Source of the DNA: Botryllus schlosseri
Lineage: Eukaryota
Direction: 5' to 3'
DNA length: 60,000 nt
Assembly (NCBI GenBank): GCA_051294905.1
Contig: CM119372.1
Span: forward strand, 33,730,001 to 33,790,000
Made by a program: the position numbers and the translations under genes. Positions 13,865 to 26,545 of this stretch are shown here, one piece after another. How positions within the stretch are numbered: position 1 is the first letter of the stretch; each line of letters opens with the position of its first letter. The notes under the pieces are model-generated. The model worked only from the letters and a program-made list of their open reading frames with translations, made no database searches and was not told the origin of the DNA.

Positions 13865-14384
13865 CCTTGCTCTTTTTAGTGTTAACAAGCAGGGCATGGT
13901 ATGGTATGGTATGGAACGAGGATTCTCCATACTCCAAACTTGCCTTACTCACTCCCTACCATACTTGCAATTCTCCATACCATACCAACATTGTTCCATA
14001 CCATACTTGATACATATTCCGTACTTTTAAATACTTCAATATCATAAGTATAGCACCTTTTCTAGCACCTATGTTATTTATATTTCGGAAGTCATTATTG
14101 TTTAAACTATAGCCATGATGCGAATCTAATTCCTGGTATTAGTTTACAGAATCTGTTTTGGTGAGGTTTAGTACACGGTGGTGAGGTGCCGTGTACGTCT
14201 ACGCTACAGTTTCCGCGAGCAAAATGAGATTGTCAGCAGATTGTTATCTAGGACCGTTTACAAAAGGGACGGGCAGAGAGAGAGAGATGTGGTATTCTTT
14301 TTCGCCTGCACCATCGAGATGCTTTTGACGACGGAGATGCGATACGGCCATTATAGTAAGGTCATCTAGTCTGCACCCCCGGTT

Positions 14385-14532
14385 TTTTTCTCCTCCATGC
14401 TATCCGTGATTGCTGAGCGCCTAGCAGGATAGCCGCGGATACCAGTTTTTGAGTCTTTGGTCTGACCCGGCCGGGGATCGAACCCACGACCTACCGATCG
14501 AGAAGCCGGACGCACAACCATTACACTATCTC
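14385..14532 (-). mobile_element. tRNA-derived SINE (possible Meta-domain SINE)
   Basis: Minus strand has A-box TAGTGTAATGG and B-box GGTTCGATCCC, then GTCAGACCAAAGACTCAAAAACTGGTATCC...CTGCTAGGCGCTCAGCA. The central-domain assignment is from recall only. Confidence 0.7.
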
Positions 14533-14582
14533 GCTCGACTAGCTCGACTAGCTCGACTAGCTCGACTAGCTCGACTAGCTCG
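14533..14582 (+). repeat. 9-bp tandem repeat (CTCGACTAG)x5
   Basis: Direct reading. Confidence 0.9.
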
Positions 14583-16898
14583 CACGACCTGCGGGCTTGA
14601 TGCGGCCCGCAACAAGATTTTGTCCGGCCCGCGGCCCCAGTCTGCCGAGATTCCCCACTATACTTGCCCAAACGTCGAATTTTAGTGACTGTATGTTATT
14701 ATATACGTGTGCGCACTGCGCAGCGTGCAAGAGTGGAGCTTACGCGTAAGTTCGTCGAAGCAAGAAGACTTGCACTAGCGGCATTTACGATGTACTCAAC
14801 CCTAATGAATTGATATCTTGATAAATTTCGGGTACCGGGCTTATCAAACGCTTTGAAATCTTAAGGATTGTGAGTTAGTTCGTCATTATCGGCGAGAAAT
14901 GGTGCTAAAGTGACATTGCTGTCGTCAAAATACATTCATTAAATACGATTTACTCTTTGTATGGGCGAATAATGCATTGATTCTGTAATCCGATCCGCCA
15001 AGTACTTAATTTTCCTATATCCGGCCCGCCAGCTGGAGAAGTTGCCCGCCCATGCTCCATAAGAATATCATCGCATTTCCGGTATAGGCCTGTTGGCATG
15101 AGCCACATGTAAGTTTGAAGTAAATATTCGCAAAATCATTTATAATATAGACGCACCCATAAAATATCCCAGCTGCAAGCGATCAATACTACAGCGATCT
15201 GCGTGATTATTAGTACACTATTTGGTTGGGGTTAGCGTGGCGGAGAATTTCAAACTATATCTACCCCACTCCCTGATCTATCATCCTAATGCTAGAGCGT
15301 TTGAAATATGACCAATAAGATATCTCGGTATGTAAATAGTATAAATGTGCGGACAATGTTTCAGATGGAATGTAATTATCAATCACATTGAGAAATTAGT
15401 ACGTTGCATCATGATTGCTTGTAAGCTGTCGTCACTCAAGGAATGACGTAGTTGGAGTGGCCTACATTACCAATTATTGCGTCACATGATAGACTATGTT
15501 CGGAGATGTCGTGTCTAGTAGACTCAGTAGAATATCGGATCAACATTACTGTTGTCATTATTACATCACAAAATCATGTCATTCCAAGTGCTCTTATAAA
15601 ACCGTTGCACAAGCGTGTATTTGTTCCTACACAGTGTTCAATAGTTCACGTTCACACATAACAAAAGCCATCGTATTCCGTGAACAGCGAACAACATACG
15701 CTTCCTGAAGCTTGCACAGATCACGATAAAATGTATAAAATACCAAAGTATGGAAGTATGGAAATGTCGTTCCATACCATAGATTAAAATCTTCCATTCC
15801 ATACCATACTTGGATTGTTCCATATTCCATACCAAAATATCGATCCATACCATATCATACTTCCATACCGTACCATACTATACCATGCCCTGTTAACAAG
15901 GCGTTCGCATTGATGGAAGTTTGAAAAGCGTGAAATCTCCATGTTGATAGTGCCAGAACTTGTGCAACAGTAATGCTCGACACAACTTCAATCACGGGGA
16001 AAGCCGTTTTGCAAACGAATATGCCGCATGGAAAATTTTCATTAGTAGCCGATGCTAGTATTCGTTTTACAACAAATAGAGATATGAGCGCGGATAAAAT
16101 ATCGGAGACGCATAAACCCATGATAATTACGTTGAGCGGTGTATGTTTTATTTTAAGGAATGCAACTAAAGTTATTGCATTTGCAACAAACCCAAAGCTC
16201 CATACCGCTGCAAACCCTATCCAAGCAAGAAGTATTTCATTCTCGAAAGGCTTCGCTTGAAATCATCCGGACCTGCGGTGGTCTGCGTGGTAAAGTGTAA
16301 CACATTTTCAAATCCTGAACTCGTCACGTCCATGATCGCTATATAGGTAGAAGCTTTGATGAGTAGTTCGCTTCAGGTTTGTACTTCGCACAAACACACT
16401 CCAGATATATCTCTTTAGTATGAGTCGAAGAAGTATAATTCCAAACTGATGGTATGTATAGCTGTTTAGTGTTTATAGCTTGAGATATACGTGAATCTCT
16501 GAACAAGAATATGCGGCATTGGCACCAATTATCGTATCAGTAGGAAATCTATAGATCGTCAGTAGGGTGATTTTATTTACCTAAATAACGGAAGATTTTG
16601 ACCTGAAGAAACAAAATCAGACTTTTTTGACCTAATAAAACAGAATTCTGACCAAATTTTGACCTGACGTATGCGAATTAGGTGTTTTCCCACATAATGT
16701 AAAAATTATACTATTTATCTTTATCTCTGGCTAGAACTCTCTGTCCTTACGAAGTAGTTTCGGCTGAAAAAACGTTTTTGACTTGGAAACTAACAAATTT
16801 TTGCATGAAAAAACTAGTATTTAAATGAAATCTGGCTCTATGAAGAATTCCAGTAGTTACATCACGTATTATGGTAGAAACAATTAAAAATTTTTGTA

Positions 16899-17117
16899 CT
16901 ACAACGAAAGATACTTTCCTACATTCTCGGGTAAAAAGTGTCTGTCCTTATTAAGTAGCTTGCCCACATTAGAGAAAGAACGTTCAACAGCAGCGGTTGT
17001 TGGCTGGCAACGCTGAAGTTGTGTGTACGATGCTGGTGACACACCGTGTTGCGCCATTCTGACAATGTTGTCTACGTCACAATTTTTCATCATTTGATCG
17101 ATCATCAAAGCAGCCAC
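16899..17117 (-). pseudogene. hAT transposase C-terminal dimerisation-domain fragment
   Basis: CQPTTAAVERSFSNVGKLLNKDRHFLPEN matches the P.TS..ERSFS....L...R hATC motif. Confidence 0.75.
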
Positions 17118-18841
17118 CCCCGATTAACTGCAAAAAAATGGCGACCAATCGAACAAAACTATATACCCAGGGTTGCCATACCGTCCTTAATTCTAAGATT
17201 TGTCCTTATTTTCAAGGGCCACGTCTTAGAAAACTGAACTGTCCTTATTTCTAAGAGATGTCTTGAGACTTGATGACTTGAGTACTTATTTTGTCTTATT
17301 TTCAACAACTACAGAATTTCGATCGTTTTCCTCTGGAATCGGTGCTGCATAATATTCTAAAATTATGCTTTTGCGTCGAGATTTTATGACATCATAAATG
17401 AAAGGAGCTCCTGTGACGTACACACCACAGGATTGGACTTGATTTGACTAAGTGATGAGATAGCTTGGGCAGTGAGTGTACGTATAGCAGTTGCGGCTGT
17501 ACCAAGCTATCGCAGCTGGCGTCATTTTAGCAGTAAACAGCAGTACCAGGTTTATGCTGTTTAGTTTAGTGTACAGCAGAATAAGCTGTGGGGAAGGCAG
17601 CATTTATTGCGTACTGAAAAAGGGTGCAGTGCAGTCGACACTCGGGTTAAAAAGTAGTAAAGCTATAAATCATCGATAAATTAATCGAAATTGTATTGCT
17701 TTTGCTAAGGCTAAATCTGGTTAGTTAAAGTGAGCAGGCGTAATAACGTTTTTCGTGACGTGTATGAGAGAGAAGTGCTGTTTCGGCCCTGAGTACAGGG
17801 AAACCTAGACCTGAGCTGTCATGAGAACTTTGAAGCACTTTCTAATAACAAGGAGTTGCTGAAGCAGATTGTTTCTGGCGAAAAGTATGGAATGTGATAT
17901 GACACGGCTCGTATAAATACAAAATATGTACAAAAACGCCTTTTAATACTAATCTAATTTTTCGACTATCCTCATTTTTAGGTTTATGTCGATGGCAACT
18001 CTGTACATACCTTTGGAAACTACTGACTCGAGCTGCCTACTTTTTAGGTCCTCATACTCTAATGCTACTTGAGGCGGTCTTGACACGTCTTTGTAATTGT
18101 AACTTGTCGATCGAGGATGCGTTGTTGCGATTTGGTCAAAATGATCGAGAAGAATGAATAGCATAACTATAGAATGATAGTATAACTGCTAATGGAAAAG
18201 GGCTCGGAGATATTGTCTCTTATTACTCGATTCGGATTCGAGTAGGCTACTCGATTCATTGTGCACAGCCCTACACTCTAAATCGAAAGCATCGATTTAG
18301 ACACAAAATTGTGCATTCAAAAATGCAATATGCGACAAACACATAAAGTCGACCCAAATCTTTCGCCGAAGTGGTGTTATAATATGTGCAAGTCCACACT
18401 TCATCAGATAAAGTTACGAAATATGTGCTTCTGCTCTCATCTTATCATCTGTCGTCGGCTTATGATCACTATGAAAGAGTTTACGTATACATTTTAATAG
18501 TCCGGTAAGTCGCCGCACGAGTTGTGACATCAGTAAGATTGAGAGAGGTTGTGAGGTCGACGCTGGAAACGCTGCTGAAATGTAATCGTAATGTCACTGG
18601 TAAATGACCAGATCATCCAGGGTAAGGTACGGTACACTCGTGTGCCGATCATGACGTCAGCGGTAAACCCAATCACCCTGGGGTCCGTTTGCTCCCGCTG
18701 GGTTATTTGCAGGGGAGGAATTAAGCTGCAAGATATAGATTCTCAAATGATGCAGCATTTCTATAATAGATGTTGAACGGTAATAACGACTCTCGTGTAA
18801 GTAATGTGTGCTTTTAGCCCCGTTTACATATAGCTCAGAAG

Positions 18842-20332
18842 CAATGTTACCTCTAATTTTGACGAGTCTGCAACAAGCGCTCACCTATTCACTGCGCGCT
18901 CCCTTGGACAATAGTGCGTAACCACTAAAAAAAAGGTCATCTCTTCGGATTTTTTGTGCGCAACTTATAATTTATGCGAGCAGAGACCGTGTCAGCTCAA
19001 ATCAATTGCACACACGCGTACCTAACAGGCAGAGGTGGTCAAAGTAGTCAAGGAAGCTACTCAAGTAGAAGTAGAAGTAGCGACGAAAAAATCTACTTAA
19101 GTACAAGTAGAAGTACTTTTTCCATAAGCCACCTAAAACTACTTGAAGTAGAAGTAGAATTTACTGACTTTAAATCTACTCAAGTAAGTAAGTAGTTTTG
19201 AAAACAGTCCTAATTCGTTCACATGGACTATCAGGCTGCAAATGGAGCTATGTGCGGAAGGTGCAGAGAGCTTGATTCGTATTGATGCATCCCAGGAGGT
19301 ATCAATTTTTGACAAAATATGCATTCTTTCGCGTCATGGGATGCAACTTATAGTATTAATATGAAAATTCGATACTAACGCTTTGTTTACTAAAAGAGCC
19401 CGTTTTACAATACCGTGGCACGGCGCCCTACCCCAAGGCCCCAAGTTTAAGCGAAGAGCAATAACTAGAAGTTGTATCGGATACGGTTTCAACACTTTGC
19501 GCTATTAGTAGGCTATATGTTAATCACAAATATTGGGGATCGCAAAATTTATATTTAGTGTAGCTTTAATTTTGGAAAATACATATATTACTACACTTGC
19601 TTTTACGCTTCAACATGTATATGTTCTGGAGACAAAAGAACTGAAAGTGATTAGACATCAAAGTATGATACGCGGAATTGTAAGTGAAATACATATACCA
19701 CATCTAAAAAGCGGAAAATATATTTCATGTCTTTTGTACATACAGCTTCAATTGTGATCTGCTAAAACGGGTGCGTAACGTTCAAAAAAGCCAGATTTTC
19801 CAGATTAGCAGGACACGTCATGGGCTGCTAGATTACGATATGATAGGTGTAATTGCTAGATTGCGAAACGGTAGTTTCAAACGTTATGGTGGGCCATACT
19901 TACTATGATGAAATATTTGATATGGGCGACAATGCGGTGTGAGCTGAACCAAGCAATCCGGTACCTAAATTATATTCACTGATCTACTCTCGTGAAAACA
20001 TATTTGCCACTCCGTAACTACTGTGCGCGAAGCGCAACAAAATTTCTGGGCGTTACTTGACTTTTATGAACATTAAATGTTGGTACTCCGTGAAAACAGC
20101 CCCGAAATTTCTCAGGCTATCTTTCGTATCGGGGGATTAAACTACTTCTACTTGACAAACTGAAAATAGCGAAAAGTAAGTAAGTAGATCACAAAATATT
20201 ACGAAGTAGAAGTAGAAGTAGCGAAAATCAGATCTACTTGAGTAAGTACCAGAAGTAGAGGAAAACTACTTGAGTACTTCCAAAAAGTAGAAGTACTTCG
20301 TTACTGACCACCTCTGCTAATAGGGCACATTG
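18842..20332. mobile_element. hAT-type MITE (same family as 30717-30912) carrying a nested MITE
   Basis: CAATGTT...CACATTG ends, TSD CTCAGAAG/CTCAGGAG. Confidence 0.7.
19030..20316. mobile_element. hAT-type MITE with AAGTAG subterminal repeats
   Basis: TIRs CAGAGGTGGTCA...TGACCACCTCTG, TSD CTAACAGG/CTAATAGG. Confidence 0.8.
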
Positions 20333-22788
20333 CTCAGGAGCCATGAAGTGGACTGCTGTTTCATCAATGTCGCTCCATTATTTTAGTGCGTCGCTTTCTT
20401 GCATTTACTAGATTTTGTGAACGTTTCTCTTCTCATTTTATTTACCTACCAAACTGGCAGAAGAAATTGATCATTTCAACCCAATTATATATATCATTGT
20501 TATAACCACATGATTGTCTGACTTGACTATGACTTCCATTATATTGCGTTTCCTCATTATTGATCATTGATATATCAGCAGTATAGCAATGAAGAAATCA
20601 ATCAATCAATCAATCATTGTCATCACCATGTAATTTTGAAGTACGTTGTTTAGTAATCGTTAGTGTTACCTGGCTATTATCAGTGCATTCTGCTTTTGAC
20701 TGTTGACTGAATAAACATCTCTGTATTTCGCTATTGCTATCCCTCTCTCTCTCTCTCATTCACGCTTCACATCTCTCGGTAACGGCGGGAACTCAGTCAC
20801 GGTCAAATTTAAATGGAGCTACAGGTCGCAGTACAGTGACTTTGTGGATGTGGATGAACGTGTCGCTAATCTCATCATAGCGGAAGGAATAAAGAAGATG
20901 TTGATTGCGTACGGCATTACGAGAGAACACATTGCTTTAATAATTTAAGGTAATTCGTTCAAGAATATCAACATGCGATATGTTATGATTACCGGTATGT
21001 TGTCAAGAGGGTTCTTACAGCAAGCAGCAGTGTGAGAAATAATGGTAGATTGCCTTTTAGATCAACTTGCAGTAGCATCGAAACTGAGTTTCAGAATGTC
21101 AGTTAAGTCTCTAACTTGATGCAATATGGGTTTACAACTAGAATTCTTGACCAAGTTATATAGATCTTGCTTTGCAGTTGACTCACTTGTTTTTCCAATT
21201 ACATGACATTTTCATTGGTTGAAAACATGATATTTCATTCATGAACCTATTATAATAATTATTGTTAATATTATCCAGTGAAATAAATCTTATTATATTC
21301 ATATCAAGTTCCCTCTATATAACACATAGAAGTGTGTGTGCAATGTGCATGCTTAGCTCACTACATAGCTGCTTTTATAGTAACACTTTGCCTTTGTAAT
21401 AGATCAGAGCGGGGTTTCAAATGTTCGTTCCGAGGAGTGTCGAAGCGAAATACTTACTACTCCTGAAGAAATATTTGGAGTAGAGCTAGAGACAGGTGAA
21501 GAGGTTAGTATTATTTAACTATTCTAGAATGAATTCATTAATTGGGATAATCCTGTTTATTTTTGTTGCAATTTTATATATTAAATATTGTTGTGTCAGA
21601 ACTCTTGCCTTCATATCAACCGGAATGCAATAAGTGGAATGTCCTTCAACCAAATAGATCTTCTACTTTATATTTATTTGTAGGGAAAACAAGCCGCTGC
21701 GGTTATGCTCCTGAGGGAGTTACGAAATGCAGTAACTGAAAAGAGAATCACAACAGGATTTGAGGCCGATAACGCTTTATCAGGTGAGTTGTAGGATTTG
21801 CTGCTTGATTAACCTGGAACTGTGTGAACAATGAACATAGATGTACCATAACGTCCTGATTTGTCAGATTTGTACTGATTTCGACTCTTGTCCTGATTTT
21901 TCGGCAAACATTGTTCGGCGTTTTCCGTAACACCTTGGACGTTTTGCATGCCACTATCTGGCACAAGTTTGAACTTAACAGACCGTCACAAAAGTACAGC
22001 TAGTTGTTTGAAAATTTTATGGCTATGCGCGCATGTTGAGTTGGTTCTAATTCGGGGGTCTGTTAATTTCCAAGTTGCGCCACAAACATGTGTTCTAATT
22101 CGGGGTCTGTTGAGCTCAGACGTGTGCCACATTTTGTTTTTGGGTGCTGAAAATATGGTAGGCGTATGTTTTGATTGACGCTGTTTACATTATGACGGTG
22201 CAATAAACACTCGAACTGAAAGAAGTCCTCCAAAAATAAATGATTATTAAATGCTTTTCAATTACATCATTATTTTTGATAAGGCCATAAATCTAAGTTA
22301 GAATGAGCTGGTGTAAATTCGTTTTCGTCCCGCGCCACGGAAAATCATTTCTGCTGCTAATGTAATTTTTGGTTTTCCTGACTACGAGTCCATGAGGATG
22401 GCTACCAAGGATATAGTGCATAGAATCAGTGAATGTGAACATTATACTTTTGCCGTTCCAAAAGGAACCTGTATGATGGTATACTGATCAAATCTGAATG
22501 GATCATTAAAGGTTAGTAAACTTATGATTATGTGGAAAAACCCATACATGTCAACGACTAGACAGCATGTCGTGACGACAGAATTTGCTATCACTTGTTT
22601 CCATGAGTTAAGCTTGTTAACCATATTGGCAAAAACCTATATTGACCTATTCAGCTCTATTTTTATTCAATATGCATTATGCAGAAGTCCCATAAAGGCA
22701 ATTCTACATAATCTAAATCTTGTGCTTTCGATTCACGCATGGATTATTGGCAATATAATTTTACTTAACATATTTCTTTCAATTCCAG

Positions 22789-23076
22789 GCCCATTCAGTC
22801 CAATTAACGGCCACAAAGCTGAGTCCTCGACATCTCGTACTAGCGCACCATGAAAATGGTGACCTGCAGTCATGGATCGTGGCGAATGGCATCCGCATAA
22901 AGGGATCGTCTCACAATAAAGCGAAACCATTTGAGATGGTGCTGGATCTTCTCGCGTGTTATTATGTTTGTGACCCCGCATATCCAAAAGTTTTCCAGAT
23001 ACTGTCAATTTTACAGTATGTCCTGATTGGAGACAAAAATTTGGGTTTCAATCCAACAAGCTTCTCTGTTTTATGA
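22789..23076 (+). pseudogene. Last exon of an EnSpm-associated accessory (SAMD3-like C-terminal) ORF
   Basis: After a CAG acceptor: AHSVQLTATKLSPRHLVL...WIVANG...VLDLLACYYVCDPAYPKVFQILSILQYVL, resembling the L.A.YYVF...YP....L..LQ motif. Candidate upstream exons at ~21403-21503 and ~21684-21784 have AG/GT boundaries. Confidence 0.6.
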
Positions 23077-23149
23077 GCAGATTCCAGAATCCCAGTAATG
23101 ATTTTGATTTCGTTTGCTAACTTGGACAACTATACAATTCTAGTACTAG

Positions 23150-25240
23150 TCTAGTTGTCTAATTAGAGTGAAAAAAACGTGTAGCTAAAATTCTGATTAT
23201 ACTCTAATTTTGAAAATAAAAACTAGCTATAATTATAATTCTACTTCAATTCGTGAAGTGCTTCGTCTCTCTCATTCGAATCTAATTTGTGAGAACAACT
23301 GAACCTATAATTCTAGTTGTACTCTAATTTGGAAAAAACAGTGTTGCTATAGTTCTAATTCTACTCTATAATTTGAAAAAAACTGTTAATATAATTCTGA
23401 TCCCACTCTAATTCCGAAAAAAAACGAGCTACAAATCTAATTCTACTCTAATTTGGAAAAAGCTGTGTAGCTATAAATTCTGATGCTACTCTAATTTGTG
23501 AAATGTTTCTTTGCTCTCAATCGAATCTAATTTAGAAAAAAACTACCGTATAGCTATATTTCTAATTCTACTCTAATTTGAAATAAAAACTACCCCTAAT
23601 TGGATTCTAGTCTAATTCAGAAAATATACTGCAGTAATTATTCTGATTCTACTCCAATTTTTCAAATGTTTCTTTGCTCTGATTCGAATCTAATTTGTGA
23701 TAACAACTGTGTCGCTATAATTCTAATTCTACTCCAATTTGGAAAATATTTTTTTGATCTAATTAGAATCTAATTTGTGAAAACAACTGTGTTACCATCA
23801 TTCTAATTCTATTCCAATTTTTGAAAGGTTTTTTTTGCTCTAATTAGAATCTAATTTGTGATAACAACTGTGTCGCTATGATTCTAATTCTACTCCAATT
23901 TGGGAAATATTTTTGGGGTAATTAGAATCTAATTTGTGAAAACAACTGTGTTGGTACGATTGTAATTCTACTCCTATTTTTGAAATGTTTTTTGCTCTAA
24001 TTATAATCTATTTTGTGATAACAACTGTGTCGCTATAATTCAATTCTACTCCTATTTTTAAAATGTTTTTTGATCCAATTAAAATCTAATTTGTGGAAAC
24101 AACTGTGTTACCATAATTCTAATTCTACTCCTATTTTTGAAATGTTTTTTTTGCTCTAATTAGAATCTAATTTGTGATAAGAACTGTGTCGCTATGATTC
24201 TAACTCTACTCCAATTTATGAAATGTTTTTTGCACTGACTAGAATCTAATTTGTGATAACAACTGTGTCGCTATGACTTTAATTCTACTCCAATTTGGGA
24301 AATATTTTTTTGCACTAATTAGAATCTAATTTGTGAAAACAACTGTGTTGCTGTGATGGTAATTCTGCTCCAATTTATGAAATGTTTTTTTCAATAATTA
24401 GAATCTAATTTGTGAAAACAACTGTGTTACCATGATTCTAATTCTACTCCTATTTTTGAAATGTTTTTTTTTGCTCTAATTAGAATCTAATTTGTGATAA
24501 GAACTGTGTCGCTATGATTCTAACTCTACTCCAATTTATGAAATGTTTTTGCACTGACTAGAATCTAATTTGTGATAACAACTGTGTCGCTATGATTCTA
24601 ACTCTACTCCAATTTATGAAATGTTTTTGCACTGACTAGAATCTAATTTGTGATAACAACTGTGTCGCTATGACTTTAATTCTACTCCAATTTGGGAAAT
24701 ATTTTTTTGCACTAATTAGAATCTAATTTGTGAAAACAACTGTGTTGCTATGATTGTAATTCTACTCCAATTTTTGAAATGCTTCTCTGCTTTGATTCAA
24801 ATGTAGTTTGTGGCTGCAACTGGTCGCTATAATACTAATTCGATACCAATTTGTGAAATGTTTCTTTGCTCTAATTAGAAAGTAATTTGTTAAAACAGCC
24901 GTGTCGCTAGGATTGTAATTCTACCCCAATTTTTGAAATGTTTTTTTTCTTCAATTAGAATCTAATTTGTGATAACAACTGTGTCGCTATGATTCTAATT
25001 CTATCCCAATTTGTGAAATGTTTCTTTGCTCTGATTCAAATGTAATTTGTGGTTGCAACTGTGTCGCTATAATTCTATTTCCACACCAATTTGTGAAATG
25101 CTTTTTATCTCTGATTAGATTCTAATTTGCAAAAACAACTGTGTCGCTATAACTCTAATTCTACACCAATTAGTGAAACGTTTCTTTGCTCTAATTAGAA
25201 TCTAATTTATGATAACTTTGTAGCTGTAGTTCTTATTTCA
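23150..25240 (+). repeat. ~80-bp satellite (two related ~40-bp subunits), ~25 copies
   Basis: Repeating AATTAGAATCTAATTTGTGATAACAACTGTGTCGCTATGATTCTAATTCTACTCCAATTT..GAAATGTTTTTTGCTCT; period 78-81. Confidence 0.95.
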
Positions 25241-26439
25241 ATTTGGAAAAGCTTAAGTTTTTCAATTGTGCAATGTGCAAGCTAGAAATTCACACATTTT
25301 CGTCTGCAAATGAATGTTCTGTATTGATCTTTCGTTGCAATAAAATCTTTTTTGAGCCTGAGCTGAGTAAAAATTCATGGATGGCTGGTATTAATTTCGA
25401 GCTCTGCACCAGTCAACATGAACACACCACCACTAAACACAGGATAGCCAGGCACACATCGGCTCCAGCACGTTCTATGGTAGTTAAAAAAAAACCGGAT
25501 TTGGCGTGTAAGTTTGCGTTCCACTGCACGCATTCGAATTTAGAGTGTACATAATTCTGACTACATAATCTGCTGTTTCTTAAAAAATTCTATATTCGAT
25601 ATTTAGCTTTAGCCTTTTCCTGGTTGCTATGTCATTACAGGTTCGATTATCCAATGTTGCGTTAAGTTAATGAGTTCCTCTGACGGTCCATGGCAGCTTG
25701 TGCAAACGAGTTCCAGAACCATACTTATCGCGTTCCGAAAATATTGCTGTTCAGTCGGTATATATATCGTCACGTGAGATAATGGGGATGCATCGACAGT
25801 AAAAATAACTCGTATGGACCGCAATTTATTACAATAATATTTACATACGCGTACGTGATAATTGGAGTGAAACCACACATCAATTATTGAATATTTATGA
25901 GTGTTCGACTGATCACGATCGATTATGCCTCGAAGCACAACATAGAGAAAACCCATTGACGTATGATATATTTTTCCATTCGGTCATGGTGTATGTGGGC
26001 CTACTTTGATATTGCAACGGTTCATATAGATTCTCGTGGATTCGTACACTTTGGCAGTATAGGTCTATATCAGAGGCGGGTTACTTCTCCAATCTCTGGG
26101 CCTGATATGAGGGAATTACTTGGCGGGCCAGATTCCTGAATCGATACCTTAATCGCGGATTTATCTACCTAAAAACGGGGGATATATCGTATTTATTGTT
26201 AACTTTAATTTTAAAGCATATAGAGAAGAGACCTAAAACAGTATTCAATAAATTTATTATCGTAATGTACTTCGTTGTTGTTGAAGTCAATAAGGCATCT
26301 GTGGTCGATCAAAGTTGTCAACAAATTCTATGATGTGGGAACCCTAATTAAAAACTGAGTGTGAACATTGGTCAGATTGCAACGTAGCTTTGTATTGTTA
26401 CCCCTCAAATGTATGTAGACCCGAAAGAACAAGTAGAGT

Positions 26440-26545
26440 GACGAGATAGCGCAGTGGTATAATCCACGGCTGCAACACCAATGGGTTGCGGGTTCGGGTC
26501 CGGCCGAGGTCGACTCCAGAATTCCTACCCAAGCGTTGAAGGTTT
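26440..26545 (+). mobile_element. tRNA-derived SINE head (related copy at ~28120-28240 on minus)
   Basis: A-box TAGCGCAGTGG, B-box-like GGGTTCGGGTCC; shares ATGGGTTGCGGGTTCG with the second copy. Confidence 0.55.

Larger units (their letters stand above)
13890..15892. mobile_element. hAT-type non-autonomous element with (TATGG)n subterminal repeats, inserted in the GPCR CDS
   Basis: TIRs CAGGGCATGGTAT...ATACCATGCCCTG, perfect 8-bp TSD TTAACAAG (13882-13889 / 15893-15900). Confidence 0.9.
13186..16333 (-). pseudogene. Class A (rhodopsin-like) GPCR, transposon-disrupted
   Basis: TM1 GFVAN, TM2 LCVSD and TM3 C...LSTWRF (DRY variant) at 15901-16260; TM4-TM7 with INPIVY at 13186-13889. Removing the insertions at 13890-15892 and 13823-13864 (each plus one TSD copy) restores ...NALLTLKRARALVISVWLTFLVLIMP. 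The ATG at 16333 is out of frame with TM1 (frameshift near 16255, or an upstream exon). Confidence 0.85.
18274..25547 (+). mobile_element. CACTA/EnSpm (CMC)-like DNA transposon remnant
   Basis: TIRs CACTCTAAATCGAAAGC / GCATTCGAATTTAGAGTG, TA on both flanks, degenerate spliced accessory ORF, large subterminal tandem array. Confidence 0.7.

Noticed and set aside
14455..14532. Functional tRNA gene
   Set aside because: The tRNA-like head runs straight into a SINE body and lies inside a transposon.
13890..15892. Insertion acting as a spliceable intron
   Set aside because: The TSD offers a GT on the coding strand, but the matching 3' boundary ends in CTT, not AG.
23150..25240. CRISPR-like array
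   Set aside because: Units are contiguous tandem repeats with no unique spacers; eukaryotic context, no cas genes.
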